Source: Lingula anatina (lineage: Eukaryota > Animalia > Brachiopoda). Taken from it: 64,000 nucleotides of DNA. Shown in pieces: positions 45,115 to 57,798 of the stretch (positions within the stretch are counted from its first letter, which is position 1; each line of letters opens with the position of its first letter). The position numbers were made by a program, and so were the translations under genes. Location of the stretch: NCBI GenBank assembly GCA_051362555.1, contig CM120640.1:58754788-58818787 (forward strand), in the 5' to 3' direction. The notes beneath the pieces are model-generated. The model saw nothing but the letters and a program-made list of their open reading frames with translations, was not told the origin of the DNA and searched no databases.

Positions 45115-45942
45115 TTTAATTTCGACTTTGTTCGTTAGCTGTGAGAGCGTGCGCCATACTCAACACTGAAAAGGTACTTGCTCTTTCATTGTTTGCGACG
45201 TGCGTCTTGGACCACACACGTCTCACTTGCGAACTCCTTGTGAACTCCTTTCTAGGTGAGCAAGTCATGCTTGCGGCCTAGCTGTTGGCAGATTATTCGT
45301 AGAATCTTTTGGACATGTCCAATATTCTCCGTACGTGCTTACGTGCTGTCGGCAAACTCGAAATTTCGTAAGGACTTGCGTGGGACGTGAGATGAGAGAA
45401 GTCCAACAAAACTGAAAAAAAAAAAAAAAAAAAGAAAGAAAAAAAAAAAAAAACCCTGAGTGGGAGGTGGATGAATAAAATCAGTCTAAAAAAGCTCACC
45501 TTCTTTTTTATTTAAATTCTCAAATTTGTTATTACTAATTTCTTCTTTACATCAATATCACACTGGTATATGACAGCACTGCTAATTTATCAAATCCCAG
45601 CACTAAATTTTGAACTATAAAGAACATAGGTGATGGTAGAGTCATTAAATGAAACGTCTTACAAAATTTCAGGTTTTATTTTGGCAATTAAACAACATTT
45701 CAACAAAATCTTCAGTCCCAAAAATTTCACTTTCTAACTTCGAAGTAGATAGCATACAACGTATTTGATTGACAGGCAGTATGTTGCCTTGACAACGAAC
45801 TAGATATATTCAGTTCATTTGGTCCAATCTGGCTGTTGTACCCAGTACTTGTGTATAGTTTATATTTTAGGAACGGTCTTAGAGCAAGTATATTTTTAAC
45901 CAAATAAATATTCAGTAGTCAGCCTGTTATGTGAATAAATTC

Positions 45943-46072
45943 AACCCTCTACCAGGGCCACAGATTTTTTTACCAGATATTAACGGATATGTCTCTGGCT
46001 AAATAGATGGCTAATCCCTGCACTGTGATAATAATAACTACACAATAATAACTGCGGCCCTGGTAGAGGGTA
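45943..46072. mobile_element. 130-bp MITE upstream of the MORC duplicate
   Basis: Perfect 16-bp TIR accctctaccagggcc/ggccctggtagagggt; aataaattc on both flanks. Confidence 0.75.
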
Positions 46073-47929
46073 AATAAATTCTGTCTTGTGAAGTTCTGGA
46101 CGGTGTTCACTTTCAAATTTGGCGGTAAGTTTGCTCAGACTTCGTTTTGGGACTACATGCGTTTTGTACCCAAATGTAGGTCACCATGTAGGGGCAAAGT
46201 CCCTTTTGAAGGAATTGCGATGGAGAAAGGGGTTCGTCTATCAAAGGTAAATGTAGCCTTTTCCTTTCACACAATGTATGCATGAATTTTGTTTGCAAGA
46301 AAATACACTGGATATAACATTTGGACAATTTAAACCGAGGAAATGAATGAAATAACTTCGGATATCGAGGGAATAATGAACAATAATAAACATCCTGTTG
46401 TAATTTCAATCAACAGAAATAGAATTAGTAAACATTGTGTCATTATCGGATTTATTATGTCGGTGAATAGCCGACATTAAATAAACTAAACGGTGGTTTA
46501 TGTGGACGTCGTACATGTATCTATAGGAACGCAAATATATAGGACGGTGGTAAAAAATCGTATCTATCGGTATTTAAATCTAAAAAGACGTTTTTTCAGT
46601 TTTTCCTTTATGTATCTATCGGTAACAGGAGTATAGGGACGTGTAATATTTTGGGACAAAATTTTATCGGTACGTCCCCGAACTCTGAACCCAAGTTGGA
46701 ATGGCTTGTAAGTGGTATCAGTTTACTAAAAAGGGGAGCACAGGATTCAAATGACTGCGCATGTGCGAAAGTGTGTTGTTTGAAATAAACAAGTTGGTGA
46801 AATTGACAAATTCGTAAGTACCCGGATGAGCGGCTTTCTTAAAATATGCTGACTCAGCTTTTTTTTTGTACATCCAGAACTCACGTAAATGAGCACTACC
46901 TGCGTTAATTATGATAATATGAATAAATTTGAGAAACGTACACTTACTGTGCACATCTATTACAGCAATTAATGATGACATTATGATGACGTCACTAAGT
47001 GATACAAAATGTCGATACAAAATGACGAATATCCACTCACTCCTATATGCCAAATAATCGAACCCTGTAAACATTCAGTACAGAAATGCATCCTTTAGGG
47101 CTGGAATGGTTAAGTTGGCTTGGTTTCTACTTCCGAGACTTTGAGCATTTTCAATATGGCCATCAATTATTGAGGGAAAATAGAAAAACAACCAAAAGTC
47201 GACAGATGTACTTTATTTGTGGCTCTTGTCAATGCATTCCCTGTCGTAAAATCACAGTAGGATAATTGACTGCATACTTGCACGTTTCTTTTTTTGTGTA
47301 TTGAAAAACCAAAATGGCCGTCAACGCATACAGCAGAGGATGATGCATAGCAGTAAGATCAGTCTATTACTGGTATAATTAGTTTAATTAAAACGCCTTC
47401 GATTTATCTGTTCATTTTGATTTTTAAGTGGCTATGATCCTTACCTATCATTATCAGCTTGTTTGACATTCAAAAATAAAAAAGAATGCAATAATAAAAA
47501 AAAGAAATAATTATTTTTTAAGAAGGGGGTATAAAAAAATCTAAAATAATTAATTACGGACTTATTTGAGTAGTTTCTATTTGGTGGCAGTCTGAACTGC
47601 TAGAGCACGTGGATTTTAATGCAAAATTAACATTCAGTAGTCAGTTGTTACCATCTCAGCCACATTAATAAATTTTGCTTTTGCAGGGCTAGATATTAGC
47701 ATATTTCACTCAGTCACTAATGAACGCAACCAAACCACAGGGTCTCGTACTGACGATCGTCCACTAATGCGGCCCTTGAACAAATGTGAAATTTGCCTGT
47801 GGTCAGAATAAAGAGGCACAACTTCAAATTTGTGCCTGTGAATTACAATAGTTTTAAACGTCTTTGCTATTGTAATGCCCCCTTAACCCACCAAAGGTAG
47901 AAGGAAAAGATGTCATCTTCCGCTGACGA

Positions 47930-48282
47930 TCTGCTGCTAATGGATATGAAAATTGCTTTCTGGTCTCCCTCGGATCGAAAGCGCCCTCCCGCTGAAGGTA
48001 TGAAAATTGCTTTGGCGTCTTGGTTGGATAGGTAATGATCATCCACTGCCAGTCTACTGCGAACAAAGTCCCTTGAACGAACATGAAATTTTCTTTCTAG
48101 TCTCGCTCGGATCCCAAACGATCTCCCTCTGGAGATATGTAAATTGCCTTCGCGTCTTGCTCCGACGTGAATGGTTTACTGCTGACGAAGTCCATATTTG
48201 ACCGCGAATATGAAAATTGTCTTGGCGTATCGGTTGGATAGGTAACGATCATCCACTGCCAGTCTTCCGCGAACAAAATTCC

Positions 48283-48322
<40 letters not shown>
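47930..48322 (+). repeat. Short tandem duplications and (GT)n at the deletion breakpoint of the duplicate
   Basis: tatgaaaattg...ggttggataggtaa.gatcatccactgccagtct twice; (GT)n 48285-48322 joins intron-5 homology (copy 1 ~22010). Confidence 0.7.
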
Positions 48323-48325
<3 letters not shown>

Positions 48326-51300
48326 CTCCAATATGTCTGCTAAGTTTTTGAAAGTCATCCATTTAAGTGAATTTAAATACAGCAATTACTGCTCCTTACG
48401 ATACGATTTATGTGGATGTAGGTAGCAAAAAAAAAAAGGCAATTTTTACCTAATTCCCCACAATAGATTTGATTGAACAGTTTATATCTATAACTCATTA
48501 ATTTTGTTCTCTTTCCCTTCCCCAGGTCAAGTGATGACATGCTTGAGTTGGATTTTCACAGTAAACCTGATGACATAATGAATCTAGAGCATGAACAGAT
48601 GGACCTGAACACCACAGCCAATGCTGTGAACAGACCAGTGGTGGAACATAAACCAGAGTATACCCGCTCTCTAAGGGTACAATACTGCAATTTTGACATT
48701 TCTAAACTATTAATTAATATACCACTTCCATGTCAGAGGCACATTTTAAGTTAGTGCAAGTTACTTTAGAAACAGAATTGGTATTTATCCACTAGCTTGC
48801 ATATTTTAGCCTTTGTCTGAATTTTAGGATTTGCTTTTTGCTTTTTAGGATTTTTAAGGAAATTCAAGTTGAAAATTAGACAAAATTTTAATGAAGCAAA
48901 TTAAAAAAAAACATTTTGGAATTACTTAAGTTAATGATTTATGTTTTATCATGATTCTTTTCAGGAATACTGTTCCATTTTATTTCTCAAGCCTCGAATG
49001 AAGATCATATTGAGGGGGTCCAAAGTTAAAACAAAGCTGATTACTAAAAGTCTTAGTGAAACTGAAAGCGATGTTTATAGACCAACATGGCTTGTATCCT
49101 TACTTACCAAAACTACTTTTGTTATTAGTGCAGTATGCCTTGCTCCATTTTAGTTGATTTAAGGATGAATTTACAATATTCAGTTATGGTGTGTCATAAA
49201 ATTTTTCATTTTTAGTGAAACATATTTTTCTCCTATGTAGACAGGCCATACCAGTTTTTGAGGTGAAAAGTGATGAAATGTTTGAGAATATAACTCTTTC
49301 ACCATCCATCTTATTTAGACATAGTCTTTTTTATATTCTTTTCTGTGTCTGAATATGTGCCATCTTTGATGTGTATTTAACATTTAATCTACAGTATATG
49401 TATTGGATACAAATTAACAATATCATTTTTGAATGTGCAAGAAGATTTGATAAAAATTGCCTTGACTGCTTGACAGAAAAAAACCATGAAGATCATTTTT
49501 GGCTTCTCTCCACAAAAGCAGGACTATGGTATTATGCTGTATCATAGGAACAGACTCATCAAAGCCTATGAAAAAGTAGGATGTCAAAAACAGGTATGCT
49601 ACATCCAATTTTTTTTGGCCTGTCTTGAATTTCCTGACCTACAATATACTAATAAATAACAGACTAACATTACAGGAATGTGCAAATTTCCTCCTTACCT
49701 TATTTGCCTATTTAACTTTTGGTTACTCTTTGTTAAGTTTTGGATTATTGATGATTAAAGCATCATAGGCTGCTACTGGTTCTTGCAAATGAATTTTTTA
49801 AAGAACATTCTTTAGGGATGTAAGACTTTCGAAATTTTGACAAATCATGTAAGAAATAAATAAGAAAAAAAAAAAAAGAAAATTCATGGGACCTTCAACA
49901 AATTTCAAGTGCAGTATGTTCCAAACAAAAAAATAATTTTAAGAATGTGCCTTTAAAGGTCGCTTGACAGAAACATGACTGTAACATGAGTCGGGTAAAG
50001 TGAACTGTCAGGTACATCCATAGACATATTTAGAGATGTAAGATGGAAATTTTGTGTGCTACCCCAGGCCTTTAGTTCTTTCTTATTTGTTGTAGAATAA
50101 CCCATTGGGTGTAGGAGTTGTTGGTGTTGCTGAGGTAGATTTCTTGGAACCTATACACAATAAGCAAGATTTCAATAAAACAGCCAGATACAAGTAAGTA
50201 GTTTAATGCTACATAAGCTCCTGTGGATTTTAATAATCATTTCAAGTTACCATAAGTCTTCTTTAAGGCATTGACTATCAATAAAAATCTGAATAGATGT
50301 AATAGAATAGGCAAGAAGAAAAAAAGTGATATACCAGTAATGGTGTATTTGTGAAAAAATACAAATTATTCTAAGAAATACATGAAATATTTACTATGAT
50401 AAAGAAATGCATCATAATAAATAATATACTAAGAAATACTGGAAGTATGTTGAGTAGGCAGGTTAGTTGACATTTATTCCAATATTAAGACATGAAATAC
50501 ATGCATGATAATTAGTGCACACTGGAACCAATTGACTCTTTTTCCCAAATGTGCACATGAAATATGACATAGGTGCTTAGCTATTGAATGCCATAATTTA
50601 AGTGTGCATTTAGCAAACCTTAGGCTTCATTCACATGCAATGTCTATTTTCTAAATTCTATTTTCTATTCGCAGATGTACGTACTTATATTGAAGGTTTG
50701 TAACTATTGATTTTATATTAAGGTGCCATTATTTCTTGAAGGAATTGTGTTTGATATTGGAAATCGTCACTTAAACAATTATTATTTCCTTTCAGTGCTT
50801 GTATCAGTGCACTTGGTCGGAAGTTGGATGACTACTGGAATGAGAAAATGTCTGCAGATGGGAACAACACTACTGTCAACAGAAGGCAAAAAGATGGATA
50901 TTACTGCCATTTTTATCATAAGACAGATTTGCTTTAATTTTGTTCAAGAATTACCATGGTTGGGTCTAACTTCAGGTCAAGATTACAATTAGGAAAGTCT
51001 GGTGGACCAAGAATTATGTATGAAAAGTGCATGAACATGTTAGGTGTAACATATTTTCTCTTAAGAGATATTCAAATAGATATGAAGGAAATTTTAATAA
51101 AACTTCTGTTGTTTGAAATGAAATGTAGCCTATTGCCTTTTTGTATTTATTCCTCAGTCAAAAACCAGATTGGACATGGGTTCAATGCGACAATCCTCAA
51201 TGTTTGAAGTGGAGACGGTTACCAGATGGCGTTGATGACAGTAATCTGCCAGACAAGTGGTACTGCTACCTAAACCCAGACCCAACACACAAGTCAGTAT

Positions 51301-51747
51301 TTTATAATAACAGAATAGCAAACAAGTGCCATAAAATGTCATATGCCTGATTTTAGCTTGATTTCGCAATGTAAGTGCTGCTGCAGAAGCATTTCTAGAA
51401 AATGTTAGTCAGTGTAGAACTTAATGAGCCTAATTTTTGTTATGCACGAAATGTTATTATGCCAGGAACTGGGAACATGCTGGTATAACAGTAAGGTGCA
51501 TAGTCATATCAAAGACTTAACATATATCTTTTTATTTTGTTTAAGTCGCTGTGACATTGAAGAAGAACCCGAGGATGAGAATGATGTTTCGAGGGCTTCC
51601 TATCCAAAGACCTATAAGAAACAACAGTATGATTATGTTATACATTACATTAATTATCTAATCACTGGAAATGTATCAGTAATATATTTTAATTGCATAA
51701 CATTGGATACTTTTTTCTTGTATGAAAAGATTGATAACACTTTCACC

Positions 51748-52274
51748 TTTTTATGTACAGACGCAGTTTTTAGAGAATTTATGCTGTTTTTTCACTTTTT
51801 TCAGCATTTATGCAACACCGATATCACGATAGGTGAAAAACCGTTTTACCTTTTGGCTTGAAACTTACAGAACTGATGAATATTCATAATACGCAGGTGA
51901 AGTTCGAAAATCAGCATGATCAGGCCATTTATATGGAAGTTATGCTGTTTTTTTCACTTTTTTTCAGCATTTATGCAACACCGATAACTGGATAAGTGAA
52001 AAACCGATTTCCCATGTGGTTTGAAACTTACAGAACTGTTAAATATTTATTCATAACACACAGGTCAAGTTCGAAAATCAGCATGATCGGGCTATTTATA
52101 TGGAAGTTATGCTGTTTTTTCACTTTTTTCAGCATATATATTCAACCCTGATAACTCGATAACTGAACAAAGTTATTGTTGCTTTAATATTGCATCAAAA
52201 TTAACAAAATGACCTATTTTGCATCTTTATTTTCTGTTTTTTGTCTAAACATTTGACAGCTTTGCTGCCTTGTT
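51748..52274 (+). mobile_element. Short HINE family A
   Basis: tttttatgtacagac ... gacagctttgctgccttgtt; absent from copy 1 intron 12 (~33560). Confidence 0.82.
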
Positions 52275-52600
52275 AGAGTTATGTATTGTAAATAGCATGG
52301 TGAGTCAGTTTGGAAGATTACTGAATAAATAATGTTGGTATATTTAAGATCAGGCCCTGTGAATTCAGTGCCACATGCCTTCAGTATCAGAAACTAAAAT
52401 CTAAGTTGATGTTATTTGACAGGAATTGAGTTCATGTCTAACAAACAAATGTAAATTTTTATTTTTCAGAAAATTAAAGAAACATTCATATCAACCACCA
52501 CAGCATGTTCAGCAGGTAGACATTTTTCCTCACAGTTTTGAGTGTTGTATACGTCAAATATTCACAAATAAAGATAATGAGTAGAGCTCGTGCCTAAAAA

Positions 52601-52758
52601 GGGGCCGTAGCAATAGTCCGAAGGTTCAATAGTCCGAAGGTTCATTGGTCCGAATATTCACTATAGAACCTTCGGACCAATGAACCCTTGATTAAAAAAT
52701 CGATGAAAATGTTACCACTTTTCGGACCAATGAACCTTCGGACTATCGAAATGCCCTC
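52601..52758. mobile_element. MITE, same family as 4435-4576
   Basis: cctaaaaa duplicated on both flanks; empty site in copy 1 (~33910). Confidence 0.78.
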
Positions 52759-53104
52759 CCTAAAAATGATAACTAAGAAAGCCTGATGGACAAAACTAAA
52801 TAAATGTGATAAATGTGTTCAACACACGTCTGGTTTATACATGTTTCTCGAATGTTGAAATTATGACAAATATTGATAACTTACAGTGAGTCAGTATTTA
52901 GATAAGTGAATATGTATATACGTATTCATATAAATGACATAATTTAAGTTCCTACTGTGAAGTACACTCTGTTTCTGAATGAAATGAATTAATTTTTTTT
53001 CTGCATGAGAATTACAAAGTAGGGAAAGATTGGTGCAGATGAGAGAACATCAACTGCAAACACTGCAGTCTCAGAACTTACTTAGGAACAATGAGGTATA
53101 ATAA

Positions 53105-53272
53105 CAGGGGCGGATTTAGGCCGTCTTCTGGGTCTTCCGGAAGACGGTCAGATTTTCAAGTTTACATTGACGGGTATCTAATGTTTTCTGTCGGAAGACG
53201 GTCAAAAATGCAGGAAAGATCAACAAAGATAATTTAGAAGACTGTCAGAAAATATCTCTGGATCCGACCCTG
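53105..53272 (+). mobile_element. CAGGGGCGGAT-type MITE
   Basis: caggggcggatt...gatccgaccctg; aataa duplicated; empty site in copy 1 (~34220); inverted copy at 60093-60260 flanked by caataa. Confidence 0.78.
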
Positions 53273-53661
53273 AATAACACTGAAATGGTATACAAGTTGA
53301 GTTTCATTTGTCAATGATATGCAGAAAAGTGATTTAAGACGCCAGAACATATCCAGATGTTTTTATATGAAAATGTTTTTATTTTATATTTAAATGTCAA
53401 TTCAATATTTGAATGTTGACTAATTATAATACATCTAGGCATCCAGCTCTCAGGATAATGAGCCTAAGCCAGTCATTAAAGAGCTAGAGAGGGCTAACCG
53501 TCAGCTCATGGAAGCTAAGCAGAGAGAGGAAGAACAGGGAGAAGTTTTCATGAAATTAATGAGGCAGAATAAGAAGGTTGAAAAGAAGCAGAAGAAGCTG
53601 ATGCAAGAAGCTCGGAGGGTGAAACTTTTGACAAGTCAAAGTGAGGTAGGGAGAGCTCCAA

Positions 53662-56009
53662 TTTATTGTACCACCAGCGTAGGCGCTGGCGGTACACATG
53701 GTTTTAGTCCCGACCCGCCTGTTCTGCCGGCTCCGTTGTCTCCGCCGCCATGTCATCGTTACCGCTTCTCCTCCTAGACTATAAGGGCCTGCGCACCCAT
53801 CTCTTGGATTTAGGTCACCTATAATCTCAACTCGTTCCACGTAAAATTTGGGCTTCGTCGGTGCTGGGGTCTAGGTGTGGCACTCATTGCAATGCACCCT
53901 TGTCCAAAAATAGCAAAATTAAATGCTAATTATCTACCCTACGGAAGGAATTATGGGAAAAATTTGTAGAGACAGCTTTCCAAAAGTCATATGTGGAGAT
54001 TTCAAATATGCCCTTGGATTTGACCTTTGACCCTTATTTCAAGGTCAAATGGGCCAAAATTAAAAAAAAAAAGAAATTTTTTTTACGAAAAAAAATTATT
54101 TGCGCTGTTATTCAGACACTACACAGATTTAACCAGTAATATTATTGGAAAGTGTTACTCTTTCATCTCTGTGAATTTGGGGTCAATCGGTGCATTTTTA
54201 CGGGAGAAGCGGCCATAAGATACCGAAACTGAAAACTGTCTCTAATTCGGGAACTGTTAATGCTAGAGACCCATTCTTTTTTGCATTTTGTAGAGCATGT
54301 AAAGTCCAACACTGGTAGCGGTTTTCGAGTTACGCTGTATCAAAAAGTACATATTAGTGGTGAAAGCAAAATGTGCAGTACGGTAATGGATAATAAATTT
54401 TGAACCCCGGGAAAATAAAACATAAGGCTTGGCTAGGCAGACAACTTCTGGTTAAAAATGACATTATTTCGTGAAATTTGAACATCTGGAACTTCTGAGC
54501 ACCTCCCATTTTAGGAATTTCAACCAAAATGACCTTTTCTTTATTTTATTTAATTTTTTCTGTAGGAAATTTATGACACATTATTGTAACTCCAAAATTA
54601 TAACATTTAGTCCCTTATATCTCCAAAACTGGCAGAGAAAGGTCCATAGTTACTATTGAATCTGAATAGGAAGTCATATACTGGCAATCTAAATGTGACC
54701 TTGAAATTGACCTTTGACCTACTTTTCACCATGAATTAAACTTTGCAAATTTTGGTTCCCTTTTATCTCAAAAACTGGCAGAGATAGGTCCATAGTTACT
54801 ATTGAAGTTGAATAGGAAGTCATATAATGGCAATCTAAATGCGACCTTAAAATTGACCTTTGACCTACTTTTCATCATAAATTGAACTTTGCAAATTTTG
54901 GTTCCCTTTTATCTCCAAAACTGGCAGAGATAGGTCCATAGTTACTAATGAACTTGAATAGGAAGTCATATACTGGCAATCTAAATTTGACCTTGAAATT
55001 GACCTTTGACCTACTTTTTATCATGAACTGAACTCTGCTAATTTCTTTCTCTTTTAACTCCAAACCTGGCAGAGATAGGCCCATAGTTACTATTGAAGTT
55101 GAATAGGAAGTCATATACTGGTAATCTTACTGTGACCTTGAAATTGACGTTTGACCTACTTTTTATCATGAACTGAACTCTGCTAATTTCTTTCTCTTTT
55201 AACTCCCAAACTGGCAAAGATATGCCCATAGTTACTATTGAATTTGAATAGAAAGTCATTAGAGGCAATTTGATATGACCTTAAAATTGACCTTTGACCT
55301 ACTTTTCACCATGAACTGAACTTTGCAAATTTTGGTTCCCTTTTATCTCCAAAACTGGCAGAGATAGGTTCATAGTTACTATTGAACTTGAATAGGAAGT
55401 CATATTCTGGCAATCTAAATGCGACCTTGAAATTGACCTTTGACCTACTTTTCATCATGAATTGAACTTTGCAAATTTTGCTTCCCTTTTATCTCCAAAA
55501 CTGGCAGAGATAGGTCCATAGTTACTATTGAAGTTGAATAGGAAGTCATATACTGGCAATCTAAATGTGACCTTGAAATTGACCTTTGACCTACTTTTCA
55601 TCATAAATTGAACTTTGCAAATTTTGGTTCCCTTTTATCTCCAAAACTGGCAGAGATAGGTCCATTTGCAAATAGGTCCCTTATATCTCCAAAACTGGCA
55701 GTGATTGGTCCATAGTTACTATTGAACTTGAATAGGAAGTCATATACTGGCAATTTACTGTGACCTTGAAATTGACCTTTGACCTACCTTACGATGAACT
55801 GAACTTTGATTGTACCATTTTTAGTTATATATATATTTTTTTGCATATTTTGAAAATTCTTGTTGATTGCATTTTTACAGCTTGACAAGCACAAGACTGG
55901 TGGTGGTGTCCCTTTTTTTTGTGTGGGGGGGGGGGGTTAATACGAATGCGCTTACTCCAGCTGGTGGTACAATATTCGGAGGCCGTATCGCCTCTCTGAT
56001 CCTCTAGTT
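53662..56009 (+). mobile_element. HINE family B with satellite array
   Basis: Same termini and ~146-bp repeats; empty site in copy 1 at ~34617. Confidence 0.88.
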
Positions 56010-56565
56010 GTGATGGATTTTGAATCTATTGTTGTTTGATTATTTTGTTATAATGCATTTATAAAGGTGTCCATGATTACCAGTCCATACTAAGGTGAAT
56101 AGATTGTGAAGTTTCAGTGAAATATTTATTGTTCAGATGTGTCACTTTCTTTTCCAAGTCTTGTGTATCAGATATAGTTATTAGTTACCAATGTGTTATC
56201 AAAAAATCCAAAGGACACCTTTATTCCACTGTAGTATTTATTTAGATCTGTTTTTAATTGTGTTCCAGGCATTACTTGCCAGCACCAGTGACCAACCCAG
56301 TGTATCCTCTAGGTAATGCTGGCAGGCAACAAATGAAGCCTACAGAACATTGTTATGTTATTGTTTCTTTCAAGTGATGATGCTAATTAGACCATTAGTT
56401 ATATTTGTGGTAAAACTGACATATTGATTTCATTACTAAAGCTAACAGATTTTCTTTCCTGGCATAACTTTGATTTTTTTAGTAAGGCATATGATAATTA
56501 ATTATATTAAATTAACGATCTGGATTTATCTTTTTTATCTCACAAAATAATAGAAAACTCAGATT

Positions 56566-57798
56566 TTATTTCATTTCTATACAAATGAGGTCATATGAGA
56601 TTCAGTTTTATGCGAGAGCATACATGCACTTGCGCATATCTTATCTTGTTTTTTTTTGTCGAGCGAGCACAGCACCTGTGGCCAGAGAGTGAAACAAAAT
56701 TCAATGAATACTATGGCTGATAAGGTCGAAAATAGCAAAAATTCCCACCTTGACGTTCTGTATTAATCCCAACTCAAGAAATTGTATTTTTGGGATTTGA
56801 AATAAATTCTGAAAAATGTTTTATTTAAAATCAAAGAAACTTTTAAAACATAGTACAAGACCAGGTGTTGGTACAACAACTTAACGATTTTTATGGTACC
56901 CCCCAAATAGGGGATTGTGTACATTGACCTGTTAAAGTATATTTGAAAAGGACAAAACCATTAATAAATGGACAAGAAAATTTTATTAGTTACAGAAAGC
57001 CCTTTTCATCCATTTCAAGAGATGCAATATCAAGATGGATTCGGATATTGATGTACCAAGCATGTGTATAAGAATCATTTAAGGCTCATTCAATCCGAGC
57101 TGCAGCAGTGTCAGCAGCAGAAAGAGCATAAATTCCAGTAGATGATATTTTGAAAGCAGTTGGATGGTCTTCAAACAAAGCTTGCTAAGTACTACAATAA
57201 ACCTATTAAAGGGAAAGAATTTTCTGAAGCAGTTTGAATAATCTTAAAAGCAAGCTTTGAACTGTGAAGATATGCGCAAATGCGCATATACTCTCACATA
57301 AAATGGGAATCTCGTCTTGTACAGAAATGAAATAGAATTAAAAAATTAAATGAGATTTATTGAAATTTAATTGAAATTCAATGGAGTTTCCAATACAAAT
57401 GAGGTCATACGCCCACCCACCTCCCCTATTCCACAGCAAAAAGGGGGGGGGGGGGGGGGGGCAGTGCCTTGTTTACATGTAAAACCATTTTTATGGGTGA
57501 TATTTATAATGCACCTAAGATATATAAATATGTTATCATATCAAATCATAACCATATTTATCAGTGAAATTTATTTAGTTTTAACTGGTTGCGAAGGAGA
57601 AAGATAAAATATAAGGAATTTATATTTCTTTTGTTGCATAGTGGTATTATAATTGCAACAAATTTCTGAATTGCAGTGCTGGTCACTCGAGCCCATGTGC
57701 TCTCGCAAAAACGGAAATCCCTTATGACCTCTCATTTGTATTAGGAACTCCATAGAATTTCAATTAAATTTCAATAAATCTAATTTAATTTTTGAATT
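56566..57798 (+). mobile_element. Non-autonomous DIRS1-type tyrosine-recombinase retrotransposon
   Basis: Decayed YR C-terminus (FISYRKPFHPISRDAISRWI...FKAHSIRAAAVS...ILKAVGWSS...YYNKPI, ~56980-57207); inverted terminal repeats; ICR 57268-57410 complementary to both ends; inserted at ATT of exon 17. Confidence 0.85.

Noticed and set aside
44549-45138. Three repeated 73-90 aa ORFs
   Set aside because: Artefact of the 184-bp tandem repeat, whose period is not a multiple of three
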